The notes beneath the pieces were generated by a model. That model was not told the origin of the DNA, made no database searches, and saw only the letters and a list, made by a program, of their open reading frames with translations. 64,000 nucleotides of DNA, from assembly GCA_046727155.1 (NCBI GenBank), contig JBKPCB010000014.1:22695-86694 (forward strand). Direction: 5' to 3'. Of the stretch, positions 9,004 through 17,277 are shown in pieces. Source of the stretch: Candidatus Methylomirabilota bacterium. Its GTDB lineage: Bacteria > Methylomirabilota > Methylomirabilia > Rokubacteriales > CSP1-6. Position numbers and translations under genes: made by a program. The number at the start of each line of letters is the position of its first letter. Position 1 is the stretch's first letter.

Positions 9004-10074
9004 ATGAGCCTTGCGAGCGCCGCGAAATGGGCATTGGTCCTGTGGACGCTGGTGTGCGTCGGGCTCGGCTTCTTCCGGTTCGCCGACACCACGTTTCCGC
9101 TGAACCCGCCGCCGGGGGTCCATGGGGAGCTCCACATCGCTCTGCAGGCGATGCGCGCCTATCGATACTGGGGGGCGATCTGGATCGCACCCGCCGCGGC
9201 GCTGTTCCTCGTGTGGCGTCTCAGGCGCGAGGTCGACGAGGACTCGGCGAGCCGGCGACGGGCCGTGGAGCGGAGGCGCCAGCCGGTGGCGACGCGTGTG
9301 AGGAAGGCCGCTTTCAACGTACACACGCTCCGGGGGGCTCTTGGTGTCCTGGCGATCCTCATCGTCTGGCAGATCGCTCAGCCGCTGGGGATTCCCATCA
9401 TCAAGCGGATCCCGCCGCTGTCCGAGGTCGTGTCGCGTTTCTTCGATGATCGCGGCCTCTTCTGGCGCGACAAGTACTGGGCGGGCTGGGTCATCAGCCT
9501 CTTCCGGATCTTCTCCGGCTTCATCCTCGCGCTGCTCATCGGCGTCCCCCAAGGCCTCGCCTGGGGGATCAGCCGAACCATGAAGGCGGTGTCCTTCCCG
9601 GTGTTCGAGATCTTCCGGCCTATTCCCCCGCTCGCCTTCCTGCCGGCCGCCATCTACCTCATGCCGACGGCCGAGCTCTCGATCATCTTCGTGATCTTCC
9701 TGGGCGCCTACTTCACCATCGTCATCAACACCATCAACGGCGTGTACAACGTGGACAAGTCCATGCAGCGGGCCGCACTATCCCTCGGCGCGAGGCGCGG
9801 CGACATCTTCTGGAGAGTCATCTTCCCCGGCACGCTGCCGTCCATCATCACGGGCGCCACCGTGGGAATGGGGATCACGTGGATGGTGCTGGTCGCGGCC
9901 GAGATGATCGCCGGACGCTCGGGGATCGGCTTTCTCACCTGGGAGTCGTATACCGCCGGCGACATTCCGCAGGTGGTCGTCGGTATGGCCAGCATGGGCG
10001 TTGGAGGCGCCATTTGCAGCGCCGTGATATGGCGCCTGGGCGTCAACCTCACCCCATGGCGGAGGCTGTTCTGA
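9004..10074 (+). CDS. second ABC transporter permease, NitT/TauT family
   Basis: Paralog of the 6778 permease with conserved membrane topology and EAA loop region. Confidence 0.85.
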   Translation: MSLASAAKWALVLWTLVCVGLGFFRFADTTFPLNPPPGVHGELHIALQAMRAYRYWGAIWIAPAAALFLVWRLRREVDEDSASRRRAVERRRQPVATRVRKAAFNVHTLRGALGVLAILIVWQIAQPLGIPIIKRIPPLSEVVSRFFDDRGLFWRDKYWAGWVISLFRIFSGFILALLIGVPQGLAWGISRTMKAVSFPVFEIFRPIPPLAFLPAAIYLMPTAELSIIFVIFLGAYFTIVINTINGVYNVDKSMQRAALSLGARRGDIFWRVIFPGTLPSIITGATVGMGITWMVLVAAEMIAGRSGIGFLTWESYTAGDIPQVVVGMASMGVGGAICSAVIWRLGVNLTPWRRLF

Positions 10075-10093
10075 GCCTTAGGCGCGGAGGGGC

Positions 10094-10945
10094 GTGATGC
10101 CGAAGGGCGAAGGCCGCGTCGAGTGCCGTGACGTGACGAGGATGTTCGGGGAAGAATGGGCGCGCCAGCTCGTCGTGGATGGTGCCTCCTTCCTGGTCGA
10201 GGCCGGCAAGCTCAATGTGATGGTCGGGCCCTCCGGCTGCGGCAAGAGCACTCTGATCAACCTCATCGCCGGCTACGAGGAGCCGACTCGGGGCGAGATC
10301 CTCATCGACGGCCAGCGCGTGCAAGGCCCTGGGCGCGACCGTCTGGTCGTCTTCCAGGAGACGGCGCTGTTCCCCTGGATGACGTCGTTGGAGAACGTGC
10401 GGTTTGGCCCCCAGGTGCGCGGGATCAATCCGAAGGAGTCGCGGCAGGAGGCCCGCCGACTGCTGGAGAAAGTGGGACTGCGGGGCTTCGAGGACAAGTA
10501 CCCGTCGCAGCTGTCCGGGGGCATGCAGCGCCGCTGCGAGCTCGCGCGAGCGCTCATCAACCAGCCCAAGATCATGCTGATGGACGAACCCTTCCGCGGG
10601 CTGGACGCCATGACCCGCGAGCTGATGCAGGAGTACCTCCTTCGCCTCTTCGAGGAAACACAACTGACGATCCTGTTCGTGACGACCGAGCTGGAGGAGG
10701 CCATCTTCCTCGCGGACCGCCTCTTCATCATGAGCGCGAAGCCGACGAGCGTGAAGATGGTCCTCGACGTCGATTTGCCGCGCCCCCGCGACTTCCACGT
10801 CCTGACCAGCGAGCGCTACGCGGAGCTGAAACAGGTGGCGCTGGAAGCGCTCTACGAGGAGGCGGTCAAAGCCTTCGCCAAGGGCAGCAAGGCTGCCTAT
10901 GACCTCGTGGAGGCCTTCGGCAAGCGAGTCGGGACGGGCGGATGA
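10094..10945 (+). CDS. second ABC transporter ATP-binding protein, NitT/TauT family (no cNMP domain)
   Basis: Walker A GPSGCGKST, signature LSGGMQRR, Walker B LMDEPF, H-loop. Confidence 0.85.
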   Translation: MMPKGEGRVECRDVTRMFGEEWARQLVVDGASFLVEAGKLNVMVGPSGCGKSTLINLIAGYEEPTRGEILIDGQRVQGPGRDRLVVFQETALFPWMTSLENVRFGPQVRGINPKESRQEARRLLEKVGLRGFEDKYPSQLSGGMQRRCELARALINQPKIMLMDEPFRGLDAMTRELMQEYLLRLFEETQLTILFVTTELEEAIFLADRLFIMSAKPTSVKMVLDVDLPRPRDFHVLTSERYAELKQVALEALYEEAVKAFAKGSKAAYDLVEAFGKRVGTGG

Positions 10946-10949
10946 TCCC

Positions 10950-11144
10950 ATGGGCCAACTGAGGACGCTGACGATCGCCATGGCTGCGCTGGGAGCCCTC
11001 GTCGCCGTGGTGGCCGCCCTCGGCAAGCTGTCCGGTCGTCTCGGTGATAGCACCGTCAACCGTCTCTACTATCTCAGCTACGGGTGCAGCGGCCTCGGTA
11101 TCGGGCTCTTCATCCTGGACGGCCTCTTCGGGGTGCGGCCATGA
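10950..11144 (+). CDS. hypothetical small membrane protein (64 aa, two hydrophobic helices)
   Basis: ATG 5 nt after the ATPase stop. Sequence MGQLRTLTIAMAALGALVAVVAALGKL…GLGIGLFILDGLF. Confidence 0.3.
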   Translation: MGQLRTLTIAMAALGALVAVVAALGKLSGRLGDSTVNRLYYLSYGCSGLGIGLFILDGLFGVRP

Positions 11145-11195
11145 GCGCGAAAGACGCAACCGTCGCCATCGTCGAGGCGCGGGGCGGGAAAACTA

Positions 11196-11255
11196 TTGAC
11201 GCTCACTTGATGGAAGAGACATACTGAGACGTCCCAGGGCAAAGTTCACGCCCTG
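11196..11255 (+). promoter_or_regulatory. candidate promoter (TTGACG-N18-CATACT) plus CAGGGC-N9-GCCCTG inverted repeat in the leader of the Rieske oxygenase operon
   Basis: Read directly. The inverted repeat at 11235-11255 sits between the putative -10 and the RBS AGGAGG. Confidence 0.35.
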
Positions 11256-11287
11256 TCAATAGGCCTGAGAGAAGTAGGAGGTGCGCT

Positions 11288-12475
11288 ATGGCGCGTGGAA
11301 TGGCGGAGTGGGAACGCAGGCCGGCCTTGCCCCCGACCCATTACGTCCATCCGGCGATCTACACGGACCCTGTGATCTTGCGCGAGGAGCAGGAGAAGAT
11401 CTTCTCCAAGGTCTGGTACCTCGCCTGTCATGAGAGCGAGCTGCCGAGCGCCAACGATTACCGCGCCTACCAGCATCCCGCCGGGAAAAACCTGCTCATC
11501 GCGCGCGGCGAGGACGGCAGGATCCGGACCTTCTACAACGTCTGCCCTCACCGCGGCAACACGCTGGTCTACGGCCCCGCCGGGAACGCCAAGCACATCA
11601 CCTGCATCTTCCACGCGTGGGCCTTCAGCACGAAGGGTGACTGCGTCGAGATCACGCGGGAAAAGCAGGGCTATGGCGATCGCCTGAGCAAGAAGGATTA
11701 CGGGCTGCGCGAGGTGCGGACCGAGGTTGGATTCGGCGGTTTCGTCTACGTCAATCTGGACGACAGCGCGGGCCCGCTGGCGGAATTCATCGGTCACGCG
11801 CTCGACGGCATGCTGAAGTGTCTGGAGTCGGAGCCGCTCGAGGTGTTCCACTACCACAAGGCGGTGGTGAACACGAATTTCAAGTTCTGGCACGACACGA
11901 ACAGCGAGTTCTACCACGACTACATGCACTACCACAATCGCCAGACCAGCATGCTCCAGCCGAGCTACTGGGAGCGGGAGTACATCCCCTTCCCGAACGG
12001 CCACGCGCAGGTCGGCGATCAGGTCGTGAAGTACGAGGCCTACGAGGGCTTCAAGGGCCGCGAGCTCTCCTTCCCGGGGCTCGAGCGGAACGGCTGGAAG
12101 ATGGTGGACCTCTTCCCGGGCTTTACCTACAACCTTCGCGGCTCGGCGCTTCGAATCGACACGATCCTGCCGCTCAGTCCGGCAAAGACCGTCATCGAGT
12201 ACCGCGGCCTCGGCCTGAAGGGCGACACCTCCGATCAGCGGACCCAGCGCATCAACGACTACAACTCAATCTGGGGCCCTTTCGGGCGCAACCTGCACGA
12301 GGACCTGTTGGGGGTAACGGGCCAAGGTCGCTGCATCGGGGGTGGGCAAACCTGGATCCTCCATGCTCGGGAGGAAGCGAACAAGATCCACGACGAGATC
12401 GGGATGCGCCACTACTACGCCGAGTGGAGCCGCCGGATGGGGCGTCTGGCGAGCAGCCCGAATGGCGAACGATGA
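11288..12475 (+). CDS. Rieske non-haem iron ring-hydroxylating-type oxygenase, large (alpha) subunit
   Basis: Rieske motif CPHRG-X17-CIFHAW and a mononuclear-iron His/Asp region (DYMHYHN). 395 aa. Strong RBS AGGAGG. Operon with beta, reductase and ferredoxin genes. Confidence 0.85.
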   Translation: MARGMAEWERRPALPPTHYVHPAIYTDPVILREEQEKIFSKVWYLACHESELPSANDYRAYQHPAGKNLLIARGEDGRIRTFYNVCPHRGNTLVYGPAGNAKHITCIFHAWAFSTKGDCVEITREKQGYGDRLSKKDYGLREVRTEVGFGGFVYVNLDDSAGPLAEFIGHALDGMLKCLESEPLEVFHYHKAVVNTNFKFWHDTNSEFYHDYMHYHNRQTSMLQPSYWEREYIPFPNGHAQVGDQVVKYEAYEGFKGRELSFPGLERNGWKMVDLFPGFTYNLRGSALRIDTILPLSPAKTVIEYRGLGLKGDTSDQRTQRINDYNSIWGPFGRNLHEDLLGVTGQGRCIGGGQTWILHAREEANKIHDEIGMRHYYAEWSRRMGRLASSPNGER

Positions 12476-12957
12476 ACACCGCCAATACTGCTGTGAGCGG
12501 CGCGATCGAGCACCAGGTGCGAAACCTCATCTACACGGGTTGTCTGCTGCTCGATGCGAGCGACTTCGGGGGATGGCTGGGCCTGTGCGCGCCAGACTTT
12601 CGCTACTCGATCTCCACCTACAGCCCGGAGATCCGAAAGGATCAGACGTGGCTCGACCACGATTTCGAGGGGATGCAGCACCTGGTCAACATGCTCCCGA
12701 AGCACAACAGCGACCAGACTCCGCTGACCCGCCACGCCACGGTCTACACGATCGACCACGATCCAGCGGCCAATGAAGCGAAGGTGGTGACCTCCGTTGC
12801 CATCTATGCCACTACCCTCGACGGCGGTGAGACCAGCCTGTACGCCCTCGCCCGGTATCACGACGTGGTGGGCCTGGCGGGAACACCCCGATTGAAGCGG
12901 CGGGTCGTACGGCTCGAGACGCGCAGCCTCGGCATCGGGAAACACTGGCCGCTCTAG
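12472..12957 (+). CDS. oxygenase small (beta) subunit, NTF2/SnoaL-like fold
   Basis: 161 aa. ATGA overlap with the alpha stop. Typical beta-subunit size and sequence character. Confidence 0.75.
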   Translation: MNTANTAVSGAIEHQVRNLIYTGCLLLDASDFGGWLGLCAPDFRYSISTYSPEIRKDQTWLDHDFEGMQHLVNMLPKHNSDQTPLTRHATVYTIDHDPAANEAKVVTSVAIYATTLDGGETSLYALARYHDVVGLAGTPRLKRRVVRLETRSLGIGKHWPL

Positions 12958-12976
12958 AGATCTCAAGCGAACGCCC

Positions 12977-14020
12977 TTGAAGATCCTGCTCAGCGCCAAG
13001 AACCAGGCGTACTCCTTCGACTGCGACCCCGGCGAGAAGATCCTGCACGCCGGCTTGCGCTGCGGTATCGGGCTTCCCTACGAATGCGGCACCGGCACCT
13101 GCGGGACCTGCAAAGGAAAATTGACCCAGGGAGAGGTCCACAACGAATGGCCAGAGGCGCCCGGCCAGGCCGGGCTGCGGCGCGACGCGGGCGAGTTCCT
13201 CATGTGCCAGTGTGTGGCCCGGACCGACTGTTCGCTGCAGGTGGCCAATGTCGTAAAGCCCATGGCGCCGGACGTCTTTCTGCCCGCGGCCGTGGGCAGT
13301 GTCATCCGCCGAAGCACGATGCTCACCCACGACGTGGCGGCGCTGGAGGTGGAACTAGCCGACCCGTTCAGCTTCGAAGCCGGGCAGTTCGTGCTGATGT
13401 CCGTTCCGGGTGTCGTCGGCACGCGAGCCTACTCGATGACGAACTTCGAGCGTAAGGCGAAACAACTCGCGTTCGTCATCAAGAAGAAGCCGGGCGGCCG
13501 GGTGAGCGAATGGCTCTTCCGCGGTGGCATCGAGGACACGCGAGTGGATCTGTTCGGGCCGCTCGGAGTGGCGACCTTTCACCCAGGGATCGGCAAGAGC
13601 CTCCTCTGCATCGCGGGGGGCAGCGGCATCGCCGGCATGATGTCCATCCTGACCTGCGCGGCCGAGGCGCGGCATTTTGATCGCTACCGGGGCCACGTCT
13701 TCTTCGGCGTTCGCACCTCGAGGGACGTCTTCTTTCTCGACGAGCTGGCCGCGCTCCGGACCCGCTTCCCGGATGCCCTCGACGTGACGGTCGCCCTCTC
13801 CGACGAGGCTATCGACGCGGGACTCGAGGCCCGGTATCCGAGGCTTCACTTCGACGCGGGGCTGATCCACGCGGTGGCGGGAGCGCGGATGAAGGGCAGG
13901 TTCGACAACGTCCGGGCGTACGCGGCGGGACCGCCCCCGATGGTGGACGCGACGCTCAGGATGCTCCTGCTGGAGGGACGGCTGACCTCCGACAACATCC
14001 GTTACGACAAGTTCAGCTGA
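12977..14020 (+). CDS. oxygenase reductase component: plant-type [2Fe-2S] ferredoxin domain + FAD/NAD(P)-binding ferredoxin-NAD(P)H reductase
   Basis: CxxxxCxxC…C cluster (CGTGTCGTC) at the N-terminus. RxYS FAD motif (RAYS). GGSGIAG NAD-binding glycine-rich motif. Confidence 0.85.
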   Translation: MKILLSAKNQAYSFDCDPGEKILHAGLRCGIGLPYECGTGTCGTCKGKLTQGEVHNEWPEAPGQAGLRRDAGEFLMCQCVARTDCSLQVANVVKPMAPDVFLPAAVGSVIRRSTMLTHDVAALEVELADPFSFEAGQFVLMSVPGVVGTRAYSMTNFERKAKQLAFVIKKKPGGRVSEWLFRGGIEDTRVDLFGPLGVATFHPGIGKSLLCIAGGSGIAGMMSILTCAAEARHFDRYRGHVFFGVRTSRDVFFLDELAALRTRFPDALDVTVALSDEAIDAGLEARYPRLHFDAGLIHAVAGARMKGRFDNVRAYAAGPPPMVDATLRMLLLEGRLTSDNIRYDKFS

Positions 14021-14031
14021 CAGGGCGTGGC

Positions 14032-14760
14032 ATGGGGAAGAAGTTTCTCTGCCGCACCGACGAGTGCCCGCGCAACGGCATGAAGACCTTCGAGACCGAG
14101 GGCGGGCTGAAGATCCTCGTGGCCAACTCGGGCGACCGGTACTACGGCTACCAGGCCATGTGCCCGCACATGGACGTGGCCCTGGAGGAGGGCTTCTACG
14201 ACGGGGCCGTCATCACCTGCCACCAGCACCTGTGGCAATGGGAAGTCCGGTCCGGCACGCCAATGGGCCAGGCCGAAGCCCCGCTGCAGCAGTATGAGTT
14301 GCACGAGGAGGACGGCGCGCTCTACGTCGTGCCATCGGATCCGGTGAGACAGACGGAGCTCTTTGCCGGCCTGACGGACGAGACGCTGGCAGCCATCGGC
14401 CGCCTGGCCCGACGCGAGACGTTCGAGGAGGGCAGCGTGATCTACCGGCCCGGCGATCCGGCGGACGACCTGTGCGTGCTCGAGTCGGGACGCGTACAGT
14501 TCACCATTGGGCACGGCGAGCACGCGAGCCCCGCCGGCTTCAGCCTGCGGAGTGGTGAGGTGTTCGGCTGGAACGCGCTCCTTGAGGACCAGCCGCAGCG
14601 TATCGCGACGGCCGCCGCGCTGGAACGGTCCTCGGTGCTCCTGCTCGACGGCCGGGAGCTCTTCGGCGTCTTCGAGAAGGACCCGAGGGCCGGATACCTC
14701 GTGATGCGTAGGCTGGCCTCCCTGATCACCCGACACCTGACGCCGATGGGGGCCCGATGA
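14032..14760 (+). CDS. Rieske [2Fe-2S] ferredoxin fused to C-terminal cyclic-nucleotide-binding (Crp-like) domain
   Basis: N-terminal ~105 aa has CPH-X16-CHQH (Rieske ferredoxin). C-terminal ~125 aa is a classical cNMP beta-roll (LFAGLTDETLAAIGRLARRETFEEGSVIYRPGDPADDLCVLESGRVQF…). Confidence 0.8.
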   Translation: MGKKFLCRTDECPRNGMKTFETEGGLKILVANSGDRYYGYQAMCPHMDVALEEGFYDGAVITCHQHLWQWEVRSGTPMGQAEAPLQQYELHEEDGALYVVPSDPVRQTELFAGLTDETLAAIGRLARRETFEEGSVIYRPGDPADDLCVLESGRVQFTIGHGEHASPAGFSLRSGEVFGWNALLEDQPQRIATAAALERSSVLLLDGRELFGVFEKDPRAGYLVMRRLASLITRHLTPMGAR

Positions 14761-15566
14761 GCTCCGAGATTTTGTCCAGCCCCGAGAGGTCCGGGCGGGC
14801 GGGCGGACACGGCGCCGAGATGGCCCAGATCGAGCGGGTCAGCGCCGTGCCGCTCTACCGGCAGCTGCTCGAGATTCTCCGCGAGGAGATCGTCTCCGGG
14901 CGCCTGAAGGCCCACGAGCGGCTGGCGACCGAGCTCGAGCTGATGAAGCGGTTCGGCCTCAGCCGCACCACCGTGCGCCAAACGATCTCACGGCTGCGGA
15001 ACGAGGGCCTGATCTCGGTCCATCGTGGCAAGGGCACCTTCGTCGGCCGGGGCAAGATCGAGCCGGAGCTCTCGGCCCTCACGGGGTTCGTGGAGGACAT
15101 GCGGGCGCTCGGGCTGACGGCATCGGCCCGCGTGCTCGGCGTGGAGAACGTCAAGGCCTCGGAACAGGTCGCCGAGAACCTGGGGGTCCGCCGCGGAGAC
15201 CTGGTCACGAAGATCACGCGAATCCGCCTGGCTGAAGAGGTACCGGTCTCGTTCGAGTACTCCTTCCTGCCGCTCGACCTCGGCCAGCGGGTGGCCCAAG
15301 AAAATCTCGAGGTGTCACCGATCTTTTCGCTCTTCGAGGACAAGTACGGAATCGCGTTGAGCGAAGCCTTCTACCGGATCGAGGCCAGCCGCGCCAACCG
15401 GGTGATCGCCGATGCCCTGGGCATCGAGCGCGGAGCGCCTGTGCTCGCCATCGAGCGCCAAACGCACAGTGTCGCCGGGCAGCCGGTCGACTTCGAGCAG
15501 ATGTACTACCGGGGTGACCGAATCCGGTACACCATGCGCCTCAAGCGTCGTCCGCCGCCGCGATGA
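14757..15566 (+). CDS. GntR-family transcriptional regulator with UTRA effector domain (HutC/FarR subfamily)
   Basis: wHTH GntR signature (RLATELELMKRFGLSRTTVRQTISRLRNEGLI) plus a C-terminal UTRA-like domain. A start at 14820 (MAQIERV) is also possible. Confidence 0.8.
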   Translation: MSSEILSSPERSGRAGGHGAEMAQIERVSAVPLYRQLLEILREEIVSGRLKAHERLATELELMKRFGLSRTTVRQTISRLRNEGLISVHRGKGTFVGRGKIEPELSALTGFVEDMRALGLTASARVLGVENVKASEQVAENLGVRRGDLVTKITRIRLAEEVPVSFEYSFLPLDLGQRVAQENLEVSPIFSLFEDKYGIALSEAFYRIEASRANRVIADALGIERGAPVLAIERQTHSVAGQPVDFEQMYYRGDRIRYTMRLKRRPPPR

Positions 15567-15579
15567 TTCCTCCACTGCC

Positions 15580-16230
15580 ATGAGCGCCACGAAACGGGAC
15601 GCAGCCGGGACCCGCGCGCGGCCGGCCGCAGACCCCGAAAGCCTCGAGGGCTTCCTCGAGGCGCTGGCCGGCACCTCGCCGACACCCGCCGGCGGCGCGG
15701 CTGGGGCGCTCACCGGAGCGCTTGCGGCTGCCCTTCTGAGCATGGTCTGCCGCGTGACGGCGCGGCGCGACCGGTCGGCCTCCGACTTGCCGAGGCTCGC
15801 CGCGACGGCAGACGAGCTTCGGACGACGCTGAGCCGACTCGTCGCCGAGGACACGGACGCCTACCAAGGGGTGCTCGACGCGCGGCGAGGATCCACCGCG
15901 ACGCCAGCAGCCGTCCAGTCGGCGCTCGTGCGGGCCACTGAGGTCCCCCTCGAGCTGGCGAGGCTGAGCGGGTCGCTGCTGGGGCTGTGCGAAAGGGTGC
16001 TCCCACAGGCCCGTGCGAGTGTACTGAGCGACCTTGGCGTGGCCGCGGCGCTCGCCCGGGCGGCGCTCGAGGCCGCCGCAATCACGGTCCGGGCCAACCT
16101 CGTGGGCGTGATCGATGTGAGGTTCGTCGATGCGGCAGCGACCAAACTGGACCGCCTCCTCGCCGAGGGGCAGACGGCGCACCACCGGATCGGCGAGATG
16201 ATCATCAAGCGAGTTGGACGTCCCGACTAA
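15580..16230 (+). CDS. cyclodeaminase/cyclohydrolase family protein (formiminotransferase-cyclodeaminase C-domain / methenyl-THF cyclohydrolase FchA-like)
   Basis: ~216-aa all-alpha protein. Ala/Leu-rich pattern matches FTCD_C family members. The longer ORF 15412 overlaps GntR out of frame. Confidence 0.6.
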   Translation: MSATKRDAAGTRARPAADPESLEGFLEALAGTSPTPAGGAAGALTGALAAALLSMVCRVTARRDRSASDLPRLAATADELRTTLSRLVAEDTDAYQGVLDARRGSTATPAAVQSALVRATEVPLELARLSGSLLGLCERVLPQARASVLSDLGVAAALARAALEAAAITVRANLVGVIDVRFVDAAATKLDRLLAEGQTAHHRIGEMIIKRVGRPD

Positions 16231-16250
16231 CCCTCAAGGAGGAAGGACCA

Positions 16251-17137
16251 TGGCGGAGACAAAGCCCGCAGAGCAGCCGAAACCCCGCAAGAAGATCACG
16301 ATTCCCTCCCTGATGGACAAGAAGGCGCGGAAGGAGCCGATCACGATGCTGGCCGTCTACGACTACCCGACGTCGATCATCGCCGACCGCATCGGGATCG
16401 ACGTGCTCTGCACCAGCGACACGGGCGGCATGGTGCTCTTCGGCCACGAGAGCACCGAGACGGTGACCTACGAGGAAGTGCTGTTCATGACCCAGGGCAT
16501 GGCCCGCGGCTCGAAATTCGGCCTGCGGATGACGGACATGCCCTACATGAGCTACCACTACTCCGAGGAGCAGGCGATTCGGAACGCGGCCCGCTTCGTC
16601 AGCGAGGGCCGGGCCGAGGTCATGAAGTGCGAAGGCAATAAGCACCACGCCAAGTACATCGGCGCCATCGTCCGCGCCGGCATCCCGGTGATGGGCCACA
16701 TCGGCATCACGCCCATGCGGGTGGCCCAGCTCGGGGGCTTCAGCGCCCAAGGAAAAACAGCGGAGCGGGCAGCCGAGCTGGTAGAGGACGCCAAGGCGAT
16801 GGTCGACGCGGGGTGCTTCTCCATCCTGTGCGAGGTGACCACCTCGGAGGTGTGTGAATACCTGGCCGACACGCTGCCGGTGCCCGTGATCAGCCTGGGC
16901 GCGGGCAACAAGGCCGACGGCGTGCACATCATCACTTCCGACCTGTTCAAGTTCTACGACCGTCACACGCCACGCCACTCCAAGGTGTATATGGAGATCT
17001 TCCCGGTCATTCAGAAGGTCCTGCAGGACTACCACGACGACGTCGTGGGCCGTCGGTACCCGGGCCCCGAGCATACGGTGTTCATGAAGGAAGAGGAGCT
17101 CAAGCGGTTCCGCGACATCGTCGGTTGGCACAAGTAG
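16251..17137 (+). CDS. panB: 3-methyl-2-oxobutanoate hydroxymethyltransferase (ketopantoate hydroxymethyltransferase) family
   Basis: Conserved PanB blocks (TMLAVYDYPTS, DVLCTSDTGGMV, GHIGITPM, VISLGAG). RBS AAGGAGGAAGG 6 nt upstream of the ATG. Confidence 0.85.
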
Positions 17138-17277
17138 GCGTAGACGGGCCGCGCGGCTGTCCGCCCGCGCGCTGCGAACCGCCTGAACGGTGGTCGGAGA
17201 CGAATGGCCCGGCGAGAGGCGCCGATCGCGAGGTCCGAGCCGTGATCGTCGCCTCCGCCGACAGTACCTGATCCGTG
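17135..17277 (+). repeat. possible degenerate copy D (panB stop through MFS start)
   Basis: Shares GTGG…GATCGCGAG…GTCCGAG blocks and the stop-to-start placement. Overall identity is only ~60 % with gaps. Confidence 0.3.

Noticed and set aside
11288-12475. Direct assignment as methanesulfonate monooxygenase MsmA
   Set aside because: The Rieske spacing is CxH-X17-CxxH, not the X26 characteristic of MsmA. Only the operon layout is msm-like.
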